Virus record (IMG/VR): IMGVR_UViG_3300020599_000003
Span: 113,804-177,803 of that record
Strand: one strand, 5' to 3'
DNA length: 64,000 nt
Source: a virus
Of the stretch, positions 1 to 9,358 are shown in pieces. The translations under genes and the position numbers were made by a program. Under the pieces are notes generated by a model, which worked only from the letters and a program-made list of their open reading frames with translations, was not told the origin of the DNA and ran no database searches. Every line of letters starts with the position of its first letter. Positions within the stretch are counted from its first letter, which is position 1.

Positions 1-379
1 TGAACTGAGCCAGTGAGTCGTTGGCCGAGTCCACGAGTTCTTCGATGGCCTGGAGCAGATCAGAACTACGCTCCTGGTAGACTGCCGCAGTCACGTCCTT
101 GACGAGCTGCTCGGTCTCCGCGTCGGTGAGCTCCTTGCCGCCCCTGGAACGCTTCTTGACCTCCGCGGCGATGCGCTTGTCTGCGGTAGTCTCGATGATG
201 TCAACCCCGCGCTTGAACACGTCGCCGGCGAGCTTACTGTATTGGTTGATCAGCTTCAATAGCCGATCCGTATCTGCCTTGGTAGCCGTTCCCTTCAAGA
301 CCTTGTCGATGGTCCCCGACTCGGCCTTAGAGAGTTCAGCCCACTTTGCAGCGGCTTTCGTGGCTGTATCTACCGCCAT
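1..379 (-). CDS. Partial helical protein running off the left edge (possibly tape-measure/tail-associated)
   Basis: Open minus frame from ATG at 379 (MAVDTATKAAAKWAELSKAESGTIDKVLKG...) to the window edge, not in the ORF track; A/K/E/L-rich; lies downstream of baseplate/tail-tube genes. Confidence 0.55.
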   Translation of the reverse strand, partial: MAVDTATKAAAKWAELSKAESGTIDKVLKGTATKADTDRLLKLINQYSKLAGDVFKRGVDIIETTADKRIAAEVKKRSRGGKELTDAETEQLVKDVTAAVYQERSSDLLQAIEELVDSANDSLAQF

Positions 380-407
380 ATTGGGATACCCCTGGTATGC
401 CCCGCAA

Positions 408-448
408 GACCCTCCGAAGCTCATGTAGGGAGCGCTTTCGGAGGGTTT
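408..448. terminator. Intergenic inverted repeat
   Basis: accctccgaa...ttcggagggtttt arms between two minus-strand genes. Confidence 0.35.
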
Positions 449-481
449 TCGGAGCGGTTTTGAGAGGGTTTACGGGCCGCC

Positions 482-643
482 CTATAGAGGCACCATGCCG
501 TCCTCGATGGCCTTCTTACGGAGGTCACGCAAGGACTCAGCACGATTGGACATCCAGAACAGCTCGACTATAGGCATGGTGTCAGGCGGTTGCGACTTGA
601 ACTCCAGCATGTACAATGCTTTGCGTTCGAACAGAAGATCCAT
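482..643 (-). CDS. Small protein, possibly T4 gp51-like baseplate hub assembly factor
   Basis: Probable start at ATG 643, just after the upstream TGA (648-650); size and position after a gp26-like gene. Confidence 0.4.
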   Translation of the reverse strand: MDLLFERKALYMLEFKSQPPDTMPIVELFWMSNRAESLRDLRKKAIEDGMVPL

Positions 644-647
644 CCGG

Positions 648-1787
648 TCAAATGGGAAGAAACGAGCGGGCATCGAGCGTGATCTTGGATCGACGCTGAT
701 GCCCACACTCCGGACAAGTCACCAGAACATATTCGTCAGGGCCGTAGGACGTCGCGGCCTTTTCGAACTCCCCAATCTTCAGCAGCTCATCGTAGTCCAG
801 GGTTTCCATGAACTCGATACGCCGAGCGAGCGGAGCGTCGGGCTCCCCTTTGATGCGGATGAGCGAGGCAGCACGACACATGTACTTCAGATCGGCGTTG
901 TCCTCGTAATCCGGCTGGGCCAGAGCTTCCATGACGTCGATCATGAGAGCGGGCTTCAGTTCGAAATGCTCGAACTGGTACTGCGACATGTCGGGGGCGC
1001 TCCCCAAGTACTTCGTGTGGATGTTGGAGCGCGTGACCTGCATGGTGATCTGCAGCGACTCCGGAGCCTTTTTGCCTTGCTCGACTGCGAGCAGGTGTTC
1101 AGGGTTGTTGCACTTCGTCCGGTGCGTGAGGCTGGTCTTGATCTGGTTCAGGCGCAGGAAATACAGCACCCAATAGAAGTCAGGGATAGTCAGGTGGAAG
1201 GCCAGCGGCTTCTCCTGCCAGTTCGGATGCGACGTACCCAGAACATCGGACACGGCTTCCAGCAGATAGGCGTAGGACTGCGAGACATACGCCTCGTGCA
1301 GCTTGGCGAAGTGCGGGAGGCGGAACTTGCCGACGTACAACTCCTTGAACTCGTAGAATACGTAGCCGGACGGCAACTCCGCGATGGCGGTATCCGTATC
1401 CTTGCGAGGTGTGTAGGTCGGTGGATCGAGAGGGACCGTGGGGCCTTCCGGGTGGACGATCTCCGTGGTCAGGGGCTTGATCTCCTGGGCTTCCTTCATC
1501 CTTGCCGCGATGTGCGCCTGCAAGGCGGGGCTGATCTTGGGGAAGGGGCGTCCGGTGGCAGGATTGATCTCAGGCTGTTCGGCTTGAGAGGGTTCTTGAG
1601 AGGGTTCTTGAGGAGGTTCCTGCGTGGAGGCTCCAGGAGTCAGTCGTTGAGGTTGGCGCAGCGTCTGAGGTTCAGGCTCCGGCTGCTGGGGAGCACTCTC
1701 CTTCTGCCGGGTGAGAATGTTGTCAAGGTTGCGCTGGCGCGAGGCTGCGATGCCTTCTTGCGACAGATCGAACACTTGTCGGGTCAT
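648..1787 (-). CDS. Baseplate hub assembly protein, T4 gp26-like, with a Q/P/E-rich N-terminal extension
   Basis: C-terminal VTCPECGHQRRSKITLDARSFLP matches the gp26-type CxxC...FF ending; next to a tail-tube-like gene. Confidence 0.5.
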   Translation of the reverse strand: MTRQVFDLSQEGIAASRQRNLDNILTRQKESAPQQPEPEPQTLRQPQRLTPGASTQEPPQEPSQEPSQAEQPEINPATGRPFPKISPALQAHIAARMKEAQEIKPLTTEIVHPEGPTVPLDPPTYTPRKDTDTAIAELPSGYVFYEFKELYVGKFRLPHFAKLHEAYVSQSYAYLLEAVSDVLGTSHPNWQEKPLAFHLTIPDFYWVLYFLRLNQIKTSLTHRTKCNNPEHLLAVEQGKKAPESLQITMQVTRSNIHTKYLGSAPDMSQYQFEHFELKPALMIDVMEALAQPDYEDNADLKYMCRAASLIRIKGEPDAPLARRIEFMETLDYDELLKIGEFEKAATSYGPDEYVLVTCPECGHQRRSKITLDARSFLPI

Positions 1788-1826
1788 AGTCTTCTCGTAG
1801 TGTAGTTGATGGAACCTGACTAATAG

Positions 1827-2702
1827 TCAGAGCGGGATCCCCTGGTCTTGAGCGCCCGCGTCGATCAGGCCCGGAGCACCAGAGATGGTAACAAACACGT
1901 CGTCGACACTGATGTCCACCGCATAGTTGACGAGGGTGTCCTTGGACGAGTCCAGAGAAATTTCAGCCACGTTTGTGATCCAGCACCCCGTGTAAGTAAT
2001 GTACGCGACCTTGGAGAGGTCAGGGGCCAGGATGACGGCTGTGATGGGGCGCTTGATTTGAGCAGGCGCAGCCCACATGCCACCCCTCACGTTGGAGTTA
2101 GGGGGTGAAAATGGCACTAGCGGCGAGTTGTGCCATGCGTTCAGGTAGCGGAACGAGAGGCCCTGCGAATCCCCGTAGACCGTGAGCCGCATGTTGCCGA
2201 CATCGTAACCTGCCGGATATTTCGCCTTCCGGCCGTTGCGGAAGATGGTGCGGGCCTCGTACTGGCGGAGTGGTAGAGTGGCCTCCAGGACGTATTCGTA
2301 CCCGAGGCCAGTAGCACCAGACACTAGGCTGGAGGCTGAGCGGGTGAGCCCCTGAGTAACGTTTGCCGCCACGCTGGAGGCGAAGCCTGCGTTTGCCCCT
2401 AGGCCAGAGGCGAGGTCTCCAGCAGCGCCCCCGATTGCTCCCGCGACGCCACCGACTGCGCTCCCGATCATCCCGGTTCCGGACGAGATGCCGAAGTCAT
2501 ACCCCGGCAACTCGATGTACCACGTATGAGACAGAATCGGATCGGGGAGCTTGGTCGCGTCCTTGAAGGGATTGTAGGGGTTGAAGACGAGGTCGTTGAG
2601 AGAGGGGGCGCCGCCAGTGGTTAGATTCACGGCTGCACCAGCGACGTTGATGCCGGGGATCTTGCTGCTCAACCCCAAGGCTGTGTTCACGTCGAATCTC
2701 AT
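1827..2702 (-). CDS. Tail tube/tube-initiator protein (gp19/gp54-like fold)
   Basis: Start MRFDVN at 2702; EATLP...KYPAG.DVG.MRLTVY...YLNAW...YITYTGCWITNVAEISLD...ISVDD pattern. Confidence 0.6.
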   Translation of the reverse strand: MRFDVNTALGLSSKIPGINVAGAAVNLTTGGAPSLNDLVFNPYNPFKDATKLPDPILSHTWYIELPGYDFGISSGTGMIGSAVGGVAGAIGGAAGDLASGLGANAGFASSVAANVTQGLTRSASSLVSGATGLGYEYVLEATLPLRQYEARTIFRNGRKAKYPAGYDVGNMRLTVYGDSQGLSFRYLNAWHNSPLVPFSPPNSNVRGGMWAAPAQIKRPITAVILAPDLSKVAYITYTGCWITNVAEISLDSSKDTLVNYAVDISVDDVFVTISGAPGLIDAGAQDQGIPL

Positions 2703-2875
2703 ACTGTACTCCAAGAAAAGAAGCAGGCCCAACCGACGTGCGACGGGATAAGGACCTGCCGAAAGCCGTGTAGAGGAGCATCCCGCCGAAGACTCCAACG
2801 GCGCACGATGAGTAGTATCCTAGTAGGACTAGATTGTAATCCACTCAGTGACGTGGACGCATAGAGTCCATGCGA

Positions 2876-3328
2876 TCAAGTTCCGAAAAGAATCGCAATC
2901 CCGCTCGGGCTGGTCGGAGCGAACGGGTTCGGGTTAGGTCTGTCGATTAGGTGCATCATCGTCGCGTCGCGCCCCTGCTCGCGGGGTGCTTCAGGGTTCA
3001 TGTGCTTGCCGATGTCCACCGACTTGGTGATAGGGTCAGGCTTGCGCATGTTGATGACGATCTCCTGAGTGTCATCAGCGTCGGGCACATATTCAGGCTT
3101 GAGGTTGGTCTGATATATGAGCCACGTATTCGACATCTCCGGATCGTCCACGCGCTGGATACCGAGGTTGTCCAGCACGAAGTTGATCTGCTGGTCCGGG
3201 CAGGCTACCACGAGCTTGATTCTGCGAGTGGCACACCAGCCCTGGATGGAGATCAGATCTCGGTAGATCCGAGCCTTCACGGCGTCATTGAAGACGTCGT
3301 AGGCAATACCAAGGATTTCGGGTTTCAC
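2876..3328 (-). CDS. Hypothetical protein
   Basis: 150-aa ORF in a tightly packed minus-strand run. Confidence 0.7.
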   Translation of the reverse strand: MKPEILGIAYDVFNDAVKARIYRDLISIQGWCATRRIKLVVACPDQQINFVLDNLGIQRVDDPEMSNTWLIYQTNLKPEYVPDADDTQEIVINMRKPDPITKSVDIGKHMNPEAPREQGRDATMMHLIDRPNPNPFAPTSPSGIAILFGT

Positions 3329-3588
3329 AGCTTCCTCCGCAAGCGAGAGGTGAGGGTGGAGTAGTCCTGGTCGTCAAGTTCGATAGCCTGCGCATTGATG
3401 ACGACAGTGTTCTGCAAGGCCGACACGAGGACCGAAGACCCCGTGCGCAGGATATGCCCCCGCACTCGAATCTCCGGCCCTTGGTAGAAGTAGGGAACCG
3501 GAGCAGTCATTGCCAAGCGAGCACGTATCTGATTCAGAGTGGAGTCGTCGTGGTGGCTGGTCTTCAAGTGGTACATAGATCCTGTCAT
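3325..3588 (-). CDS. Hypothetical protein
   Basis: 87-aa ORF with ATGA overlaps to both neighbours. Confidence 0.7.
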   Translation of the reverse strand: MTGSMYHLKTSHHDDSTLNQIRARLAMTAPVPYFYQGPEIRVRGHILRTGSSVLVSALQNTVVINAQAIELDDQDYSTLTSRLRRKL

Positions 3589-5459
3589 CCGAGTTTGTGC
3601 TTGACTGCCCCCAACCTGGAGCTATTGCGCTTCATCAGGTCCAGTCGGTAGTTGGGGTCCTTGCTGGCAGTAGCAGCGATCTTCGCGATGTCCGCATTGA
3701 CCTTATGGCGCTTCTCTGCCTGAAGCATGGAAGGTACTGCTTTCCGCTTCCCGGTCCGAGTGTAGTCGTAATGTTCAGTGGGAACGCCGGGGAAACGAGC
3801 GAGCAGCGGAACCTTCGGCACATACTGGTCGTACTGCGACAGGGGGATGGTCGGCATGCGACGGTAGGAGGCTTCGGCGTGGTAATCGCCTTCGTCAGCG
3901 ACGTCGTCGTAATCGCTGACCCCGAGGGAGACTTCGGAGTCGGTCTCGTGCGAGGTGTCCTTGCCAGTGATCTGTTCAATCTTCCGGCGAAGCAGGACAT
4001 CTTCATCCATATCGCGCAACAGGGCTTCCGGATCGATCTTCGCAGCGGCCATGTAGCGCAGCAGCGGGATGGGTACACCGTGCTCGGACGCCTTCTCCAG
4101 CATCTCGAACGTGTTAAACTCGTCCAGGGCTTGGAGGTCCTTCTTCCAGTGGACGCGAGGCATGATCAGGTTGGCCCGATCGTTCGCGTTGTAGAAATAG
4201 TCCTCGAAGGTCTTGCTGCGCGTGAGGGTCGGGTCCTTGAAGAAGCCATTGATGATGGCAACCATCGGGAAGATGCGCTGGTAGAACACACGATGGGTGA
4301 GCTTCTCCCGGAATTCGTTCAGGCCCTCCAGGAACATGGAGTAGGACGATTCGTGCGCCTGGAAGGTCACACCGTCTGCGCCGAGGAACGCCTCAGACAC
4401 CCCGAGGGAGCGGAGCTTGTACTGGACGAGGGAGTCCATCACATCAGTCCACTTCCAGAAGTCACCACCCGGACGCAGGTCCGTAGCCTGGACAGAGTTG
4501 CGCGTCGTAACCCACCCACCAATGGGGTCCAGCTCGGCTGCCATGAACTGCTCAACGAGGGCGGCAAGCTCCTGGCCTGTGGGAGTCCAGTCGCTGTCGC
4601 CTGCCGTGACGTGTGTCATGGCACGCTGACGACGTTGCGCTTCTGTGAGAGTGCCACGGAACATGGCCTTCTCGAACAGATAGATGGGCAACAGGCGATG
4701 CAAGAAGGATACGTACGGACGATCCGTCATCGGGCCACGCGGGATGAACAGCGTGGTTGCCGGGTTCAGATCGAAGCGCCCCGTGTTCAGCAAGTCCCGG
4801 AACGCCGCAGGCAGAGAGTTGATGTAGCGGAGGTTGTACTCGGAGTTGTTGTGCAGGAACTGACTGATCGCGTTCGACACCGTGACCTGGATGTTCGGGT
4901 CCTTGTTGAAGAACGGAGTGGTGCGCACCGAGCATTGCAAGGCATCGTGGATCATCGTGTCCGAGAAGCGCTTCTTGTACGCATCGTAGATCACCGTGCC
5001 ACAGAAGAAGCCGTCCACAAGATGGGACCAGCCGATCTTCTGGAACATGCCCCGGAGGTTGAGCTGCGACACGGCATCCGTGTACACCCGCTTACGATCC
5101 GGGTCGATGCCGTTCAGGTCGAAGTCCGAGAACGGGAGGTTCAGCATGAGGTCCACGACCGAGCCGCCGACGCTGTCGTACAGGTAGATGTCGCGCCAGA
5201 AGAAGTTCAGCGCGGCAGGGTCCGACAGATAGGGCTCAGCCGGGAGGATCCCTGTGAAGTAATACTGATACTGCGACGGCCACAGAGTGTTGACCATCAG
5301 GTTCGCGCCGTTGCCCAGACCATTCAGGTTGCCGTTGCTCGGGGCCGCATCAGCAGTGAGCTGGTGCGGAGGTTTGGGCCGGAAGGTCGGCGACGAGACA
5401 GGCTGTCCTCGCGAGGCTTGGTTGGAGGCTATAGCCCGGATGATGTGATCTTTCGACAT
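3585..5459 (-). CDS. Portal protein
   Basis: 624 aa; RDIYLYDSVGGSVVDLMLNLPFS, WKWTD...KLRSLGVSEAFL and F+E.L..FRE.LT..VFY.RIFP segments resemble jumbo-phage portals; terminase 8 kb away. Confidence 0.7.
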   Translation of the reverse strand: MSKDHIIRAIASNQASRGQPVSSPTFRPKPPHQLTADAAPSNGNLNGLGNGANLMVNTLWPSQYQYYFTGILPAEPYLSDPAALNFFWRDIYLYDSVGGSVVDLMLNLPFSDFDLNGIDPDRKRVYTDAVSQLNLRGMFQKIGWSHLVDGFFCGTVIYDAYKKRFSDTMIHDALQCSVRTTPFFNKDPNIQVTVSNAISQFLHNNSEYNLRYINSLPAAFRDLLNTGRFDLNPATTLFIPRGPMTDRPYVSFLHRLLPIYLFEKAMFRGTLTEAQRRQRAMTHVTAGDSDWTPTGQELAALVEQFMAAELDPIGGWVTTRNSVQATDLRPGGDFWKWTDVMDSLVQYKLRSLGVSEAFLGADGVTFQAHESSYSMFLEGLNEFREKLTHRVFYQRIFPMVAIINGFFKDPTLTRSKTFEDYFYNANDRANLIMPRVHWKKDLQALDEFNTFEMLEKASEHGVPIPLLRYMAAAKIDPEALLRDMDEDVLLRRKIEQITGKDTSHETDSEVSLGVSDYDDVADEGDYHAEASYRRMPTIPLSQYDQYVPKVPLLARFPGVPTEHYDYTRTGKRKAVPSMLQAEKRHKVNADIAKIAATASKDPNYRLDLMKRNSSRLGAVKHKLG

Positions 5460-5464
5460 AGGTC

Positions 5465-5959
5465 TTATAGTCCCGTGGGGCCGTAGAACAGTTGGTCCTT
5501 GAAGGACAGGATCTGACCGCCGAAGCGCTCAGTGGCCTCCTCGGCCCATTCCTTGTGCGTTGCACCCTTCACCATGTTGATGTGGGCATTGTATTCGAGG
5601 AAGCCGTGCTTCCAACCATTGGTGGCGAGGTTACGATGCTGGACCACAGCCTTGGGGAAGTGTAGGATGCACACGATGATATCGCGGCCCTTGTGGTCGG
5701 TCCAGCATTCGAAGTGCCGGATGCGGGCGTACGGAGGGATGTCGCACTCCTCCCACGGACGCCCGGTGGTATTGCTGAACATCACCGTGCAATGCCACTC
5801 CATGGGAGGGACGAGCTGATCGCGTTCCGGATAGGTGGCAGCAACCTCGATGAGATCGAACATCGCCTCAGGCGTGAGGTGGTAGCAGAAGTATCCGCCC
5901 TCGCGGCCGAGCACGTCGTTGGCGTTGCGGAGCTGATTGTATTCGAGGCTGATAGCCAT
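5465..5959 (-). CDS. 2H phosphoesterase, T4 gp57B/Acb1 (anti-CBASS nuclease)-like
   Basis: Two 2H motifs, WHCTVMFS and YNAHINM, about 80 aa apart; 164 aa. Confidence 0.65.
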   Translation of the reverse strand: MAISLEYNQLRNANDVLGREGGYFCYHLTPEAMFDLIEVAATYPERDQLVPPMEWHCTVMFSNTTGRPWEECDIPPYARIRHFECWTDHKGRDIIVCILHFPKAVVQHRNLATNGWKHGFLEYNAHINMVKGATHKEWAEEATERFGGQILSFKDQLFYGPTGL

Positions 5960-5968
5960 TGGTGTTCC

Positions 5969-6838
5969 TTAGCCGGACATGAACTTGACGAGATCCGTGG
6001 AGATCGTCGTGTAGACAGATTGTACCGACGAGGCGAGGCGATTGCGGGTTTCGCGAGTCAGGTCAGAAACCTTGTCCTGGGGGGCTGTAGACAGATCGAC
6101 ATCCAACGTCATGAACTCACGCACCAGCGCCTCAGCCAGAGTCTTGAACGCAGGCTGGATGACGCGCTCAACCAGATGCTGAGCAAGCTGACCGCGATCG
6201 GACTGAGCACGCGCAGAGTTGAGCGTCTCCAGGATCATGGACATCATGCTGTTGATCTGGTATACACCGTGCCGACCGCCTGAGTCGCGTACAGCCTGTT
6301 CAGCGAACGGGATCAGGTCGGTGAGCGTCTGCAGGATGGCCTTGTGTACCGTGTTGGTGGCGCTCTCGAAGTTGCCGTCTTCAAGCAACTTCTGGATGGT
6401 CTCAACGTTCTTACCGACGATGGAGTTGCTGAGCGTCTCATCGTCGGTGAGGCTGATTCCCTGCCGATTGCGGATCCGGTCCAGATTGCGAGCAACCTTG
6501 GCAACCTTCTTGATGGCCTTCTTGACCGCACGGGGATTCGTCAATGCAGTAGAAGCTGATTTCTTGACCGCCTTCTTGACAGGATGCTGCTGACGGGGCA
6601 TGGGCGCTGAGTCAACCTCACCGATGTCGTGAGCGCGGCTGTAGGCAACCTTCTTGACCACCTTCTTCACAGGGCGACTGAATTCGCCAGACAGGTGTGG
6701 AGGGGGCGGGCGCTTTACAGGACGTGGCCCACCTGAAGGAGGGCGTGGGCCTGGGGGGCGAGGACCACCGCTAGAGACACGCCCGTTCTGCACGGGGCGG
6801 CGGGGCTGCCCCTCTCGGTACAGATTGATCGTGGTCAT
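5969..6838 (-). CDS. Hypothetical protein with a basic P/K-rich N-terminus and a helical C-terminal domain
   Basis: 289 aa; PVKKVVKK/PVKKAVKK repeats. Confidence 0.75.
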   Translation of the reverse strand: MTTINLYREGQPRRPVQNGRVSSGGPRPPGPRPPSGGPRPVKRPPPPHLSGEFSRPVKKVVKKVAYSRAHDIGEVDSAPMPRQQHPVKKAVKKSASTALTNPRAVKKAIKKVAKVARNLDRIRNRQGISLTDDETLSNSIVGKNVETIQKLLEDGNFESATNTVHKAILQTLTDLIPFAEQAVRDSGGRHGVYQINSMMSMILETLNSARAQSDRGQLAQHLVERVIQPAFKTLAEALVREFMTLDVDLSTAPQDKVSDLTRETRNRLASSVQSVYTTISTDLVKFMSG

Positions 6839-6844
6839 GAGAGC

Positions 6845-7219
6845 TTAGTACTGATCCCACTGCTGGAAGGTAGGTTCCGGGTATGACGCAGGGGCCGGCG
6901 GAGGCATGTTCGGCATCGTGGCAACGTTCTGCCGGGGTTGCTGAGCCGTCAGCTCGGCCAGCTTCTCGTTGGTGAGGGGCAAGCACACCCGGGATTCGGG
7001 ATGCACGGCGACGAACGAAGGATCCATCGAACCATCAGCGTTGCGATAGAAGATGCGGACGATCTTCATGGGCTGACGGGTGACAGGGCAGAGCAGGTTG
7101 TTCACCGTGTCCGCAGACATGTCCACCCCAGCGGACACCGGCTTCGGCTCCGGGCGCTTGCGTGCGGTGAGCGTGTTCTTCGAGGAGTCCCAAGCTTTGG
7201 GTACGCGCAGAGTGGTCAT
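6845..7219 (-). CDS. Hypothetical protein
   Basis: Start MTTLRVPK at 7219 overlaps the ruvC stop (ATGA). Confidence 0.65.
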   Translation of the reverse strand: MTTLRVPKAWDSSKNTLTARKRPEPKPVSAGVDMSADTVNNLLCPVTRQPMKIVRIFYRNADGSMDPSFVAVHPESRVCLPLTNEKLAELTAQQPRQNVATMPNMPPPAPASYPEPTFQQWDQY

Positions 7220-7773
7220 TTTCGGGCCTTCCGTTTGTGTAGAGGTTCTTGCGAGGTTGCTTCTGTCTGACGGATGATGTCGTCGATGTCGTACTGGATC
7301 TTGGTGTTCAGACCCTTCTCCAAGCCGTAACATCCTTGGAAGACAGCATCGATCTGGTGCGGGGTCGTCATACATCGCTTGTAGACACCATCCAGCTTCT
7401 CCGTTTGCTTCTGGAGTGGGACCTTCCACGAGGCAGCGGTGATGACCTTCATCGGCATATCGATGAAGTGGATGCACAAGGCCCCTAGCATGATGCCAAC
7501 CATCTCGACAGTCGTACCCATCAGGCCGCGAGACTGGAAGCGCTCAGCGATGATGGCTGAAGGGTTGTATTCGTTGACCCATTCCTCGACTTCAACTAGG
7601 AACTGCGACACACCGTCGCGGAAGCGGTCCTTGATGTTGTCGAGAGGGCATTCGAGGATGCCATTGGCTATGACTAGGGGCTTGTTGGATCCTCGGGGGA
7701 GCTCGACAATACCGATGCCGAAGTTGGTCTTCCCAGGGTCCAGCCCGAGTATGCGTCGGGTGGATGTTGCCAT
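7216..7773 (-). CDS. ruvC: RuvC-like Holliday junction resolvase
   Basis: ILGLDPGKTNFGIG, IIAERFQSRG and HQIDAV catalytic D/E/D motifs. Confidence 0.85.
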   Translation of the reverse strand: MATSTRRILGLDPGKTNFGIGIVELPRGSNKPLVIANGILECPLDNIKDRFRDGVSQFLVEVEEWVNEYNPSAIIAERFQSRGLMGTTVEMVGIMLGALCIHFIDMPMKVITAASWKVPLQKQTEKLDGVYKRCMTTPHQIDAVFQGCYGLEKGLNTKIQYDIDDIIRQTEATSQEPLHKRKARK

Positions 7774-7812
7774 GATCTGGTGGTCGTGAAGCGTTGTATG
7801 CGCGGGGCGCAT

Positions 7813-7825
7813 CATAAAATTGGGC
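7813..7825 (-). promoter_or_regulatory. CCCAATTTTATG motif upstream of ruvC
   Basis: The same 12-mer precedes both GIY-YIG loci. Confidence 0.45.
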
Positions 7826-7846
7826 ACAGGATCATAGGCACCAACG

Positions 7847-7884
7847 AAAAAGCCTCCCCACAGATCGCTCCATGGAGAGGCTTT
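7847..7884 (-). terminator. Rho-independent terminator-like hairpin
   Basis: aaagcctc-cca...tgg-agaggcttt with a T-run on the minus strand, right after the 7890 stop. Confidence 0.55.
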
Positions 7885-7889
7885 GGGCA

Positions 7890-8060
7890 CTATTCATCGT
7901 CGCGTTCAATCTTACGCACGACGCTTTCCATGCGCTTCTTACCGATCTTGAAGAGCTTCTTGCGAGCCTTTGCTGGCGGAGCACAGCAGGCACACCTAAG
8001 ACCACCGGGACCTACCTGGAAGCCTTTGTACTTGGAAAAGAATCGCTTGTTCTGGATCAT
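7890..8060 (-). CDS. Small basic Cys-cluster protein (56 aa; not in the ORF track)
   Basis: RBS TAGGAGA then ATG; MIQNKRFFSKYKGFQVGPGGLRCACCAPPAKARKKLFKIGKKRMESVVRKIERDDE; followed by a terminator. Confidence 0.7.
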   Translation of the reverse strand: MIQNKRFFSKYKGFQVGPGGLRCACCAPPAKARKKLFKIGKKRMESVVRKIERDDE

Positions 8061-8129
8061 GGGTATCTCCTATTAGGATATACGCATGAGTGCCTCCTTG
8101 TAGATAAGTGTGCGTAGGACTGGTGTTGA

Positions 8130-8543
8130 TCAGATGGGCGTGACCCGTTCACCAGCCTTGATGGTGACCACTTCGGTTGCCATGACGTGGAGGGCACTGA
8201 TCTTCGCGTCGCCCTTGGACAGATTGACCGACGGCGGCAGAAGCAGAGCCTTGCCCTGGAAGTTCTTGACGTAGTGGCGACCAGCCAGCTTGAACACGGA
8301 GTTCTTCGGGACGTCGCTGAACTTCACCACCGACGACGCGCCCAGCTTGGCGACCTCGGAGTCGAGGTCGAACTTGCTGCCTTTGAACACGGCGTTGCTC
8401 TTGCGGGCGGCTGCGGATTTCTTGGTCACGACTTCAGCCGCCTTGGCAACGGTGCGTTTGACATTGACCTTCTTCACGACAGGCTTCTTGGCTTCGGTCT
8501 TGGTAGCCTCGGTGGGGGTCTTCTTGGTTTTGGTTTGCGGCAT
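8130..8543 (-). CDS. Basic K/A/T-rich protein
   Basis: 137 aa; histone-H1-like N-terminal half. Confidence 0.75.
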   Translation of the reverse strand: MPQTKTKKTPTEATKTEAKKPVVKKVNVKRTVAKAAEVVTKKSAAARKSNAVFKGSKFDLDSEVAKLGASSVVKFSDVPKNSVFKLAGRHYVKNFQGKALLLPPSVNLSKGDAKISALHVMATEVVTIKAGERVTPI

Positions 8544-8574
8544 GTTTGTGATGCTCGTGTGCTTGTGGTTGAGG

Positions 8575-9342
8575 TTACTTGGTCTTGACCCGGTTCAGCG
8601 TGCGCCGCACCGATTCGAGGGTCTTGGGCTTGTTGGCGAGAGCGCCGGACGCGACCCAAAACTCGATTTCCTTGCGCTTGAATCGCTTGCCATTGGTGCG
8701 CAAGCTGTTCAGCGTTTGGACATCGTTCTTGTTGGCGACGCCGATCATCCAGGAGTTGAACTCGCTGGACACTTCGGCAGCATCCGTTGAGGGGTGGGCC
8801 GCCGTGGTCTGCTTGATGGTGCCGGTCCGGCTGGCAATGTAGTCGTCGGACAGATCGGGAGCGCGCTTGATGCGACCTACGTCTTCCGCAGCCAGTTCCG
8901 CGAAGGTCTTGGCTTCGCTGGCATTGCGCTGGCCGTCCATCAGCACCTTCACAGGCGCGTCTTCCAGCGAACGTGCCGACGCGGCTTGCGTGATCTTGGC
9001 TTCACGTTCAGCGATCTCGGCGCGCTCTTCGTCGGCACCCTCGTAGTTGTTCAGGAGTTCGGCGTACTCAGGCGTGATGAACTTGATCAGCTTGTCGTCG
9101 GCGTAGCGACGGAGCAGCGGAGTCTCCAGCAGGTGACGGCGAGGGACGCGATTGGTCAAGCAGTACGGGAGCCACGTAGCCGGTAGCTTGATGTGTTCGG
9201 CCGGGGCATTGGGGATCGGTACGGCCAGGATCAGCTCGCCGATCTGCTTGGTGCGCGGATGGTCGCCGGACGTGTTGATGACCCAGATGGGTTCCTGGGG
9301 ATCCTGGCGTTCGACTTCGTTAATAGTCAGCTCTTTTTTCAT
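8575..9342 (-). CDS. Hypothetical protein
   Basis: Probable start MKKELTINE at 9342; phage-like codon usage. Confidence 0.75.
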   Translation of the reverse strand: MKKELTINEVERQDPQEPIWVINTSGDHPRTKQIGELILAVPIPNAPAEHIKLPATWLPYCLTNRVPRRHLLETPLLRRYADDKLIKFITPEYAELLNNYEGADEERAEIAEREAKITQAASARSLEDAPVKVLMDGQRNASEAKTFAELAAEDVGRIKRAPDLSDDYIASRTGTIKQTTAAHPSTDAAEVSSEFNSWMIGVANKNDVQTLNSLRTNGKRFKRKEIEFWVASGALANKPKTLESVRRTLNRVKTK

Positions 9343-9358
9343 AGGTGTGAGGGTCCTC

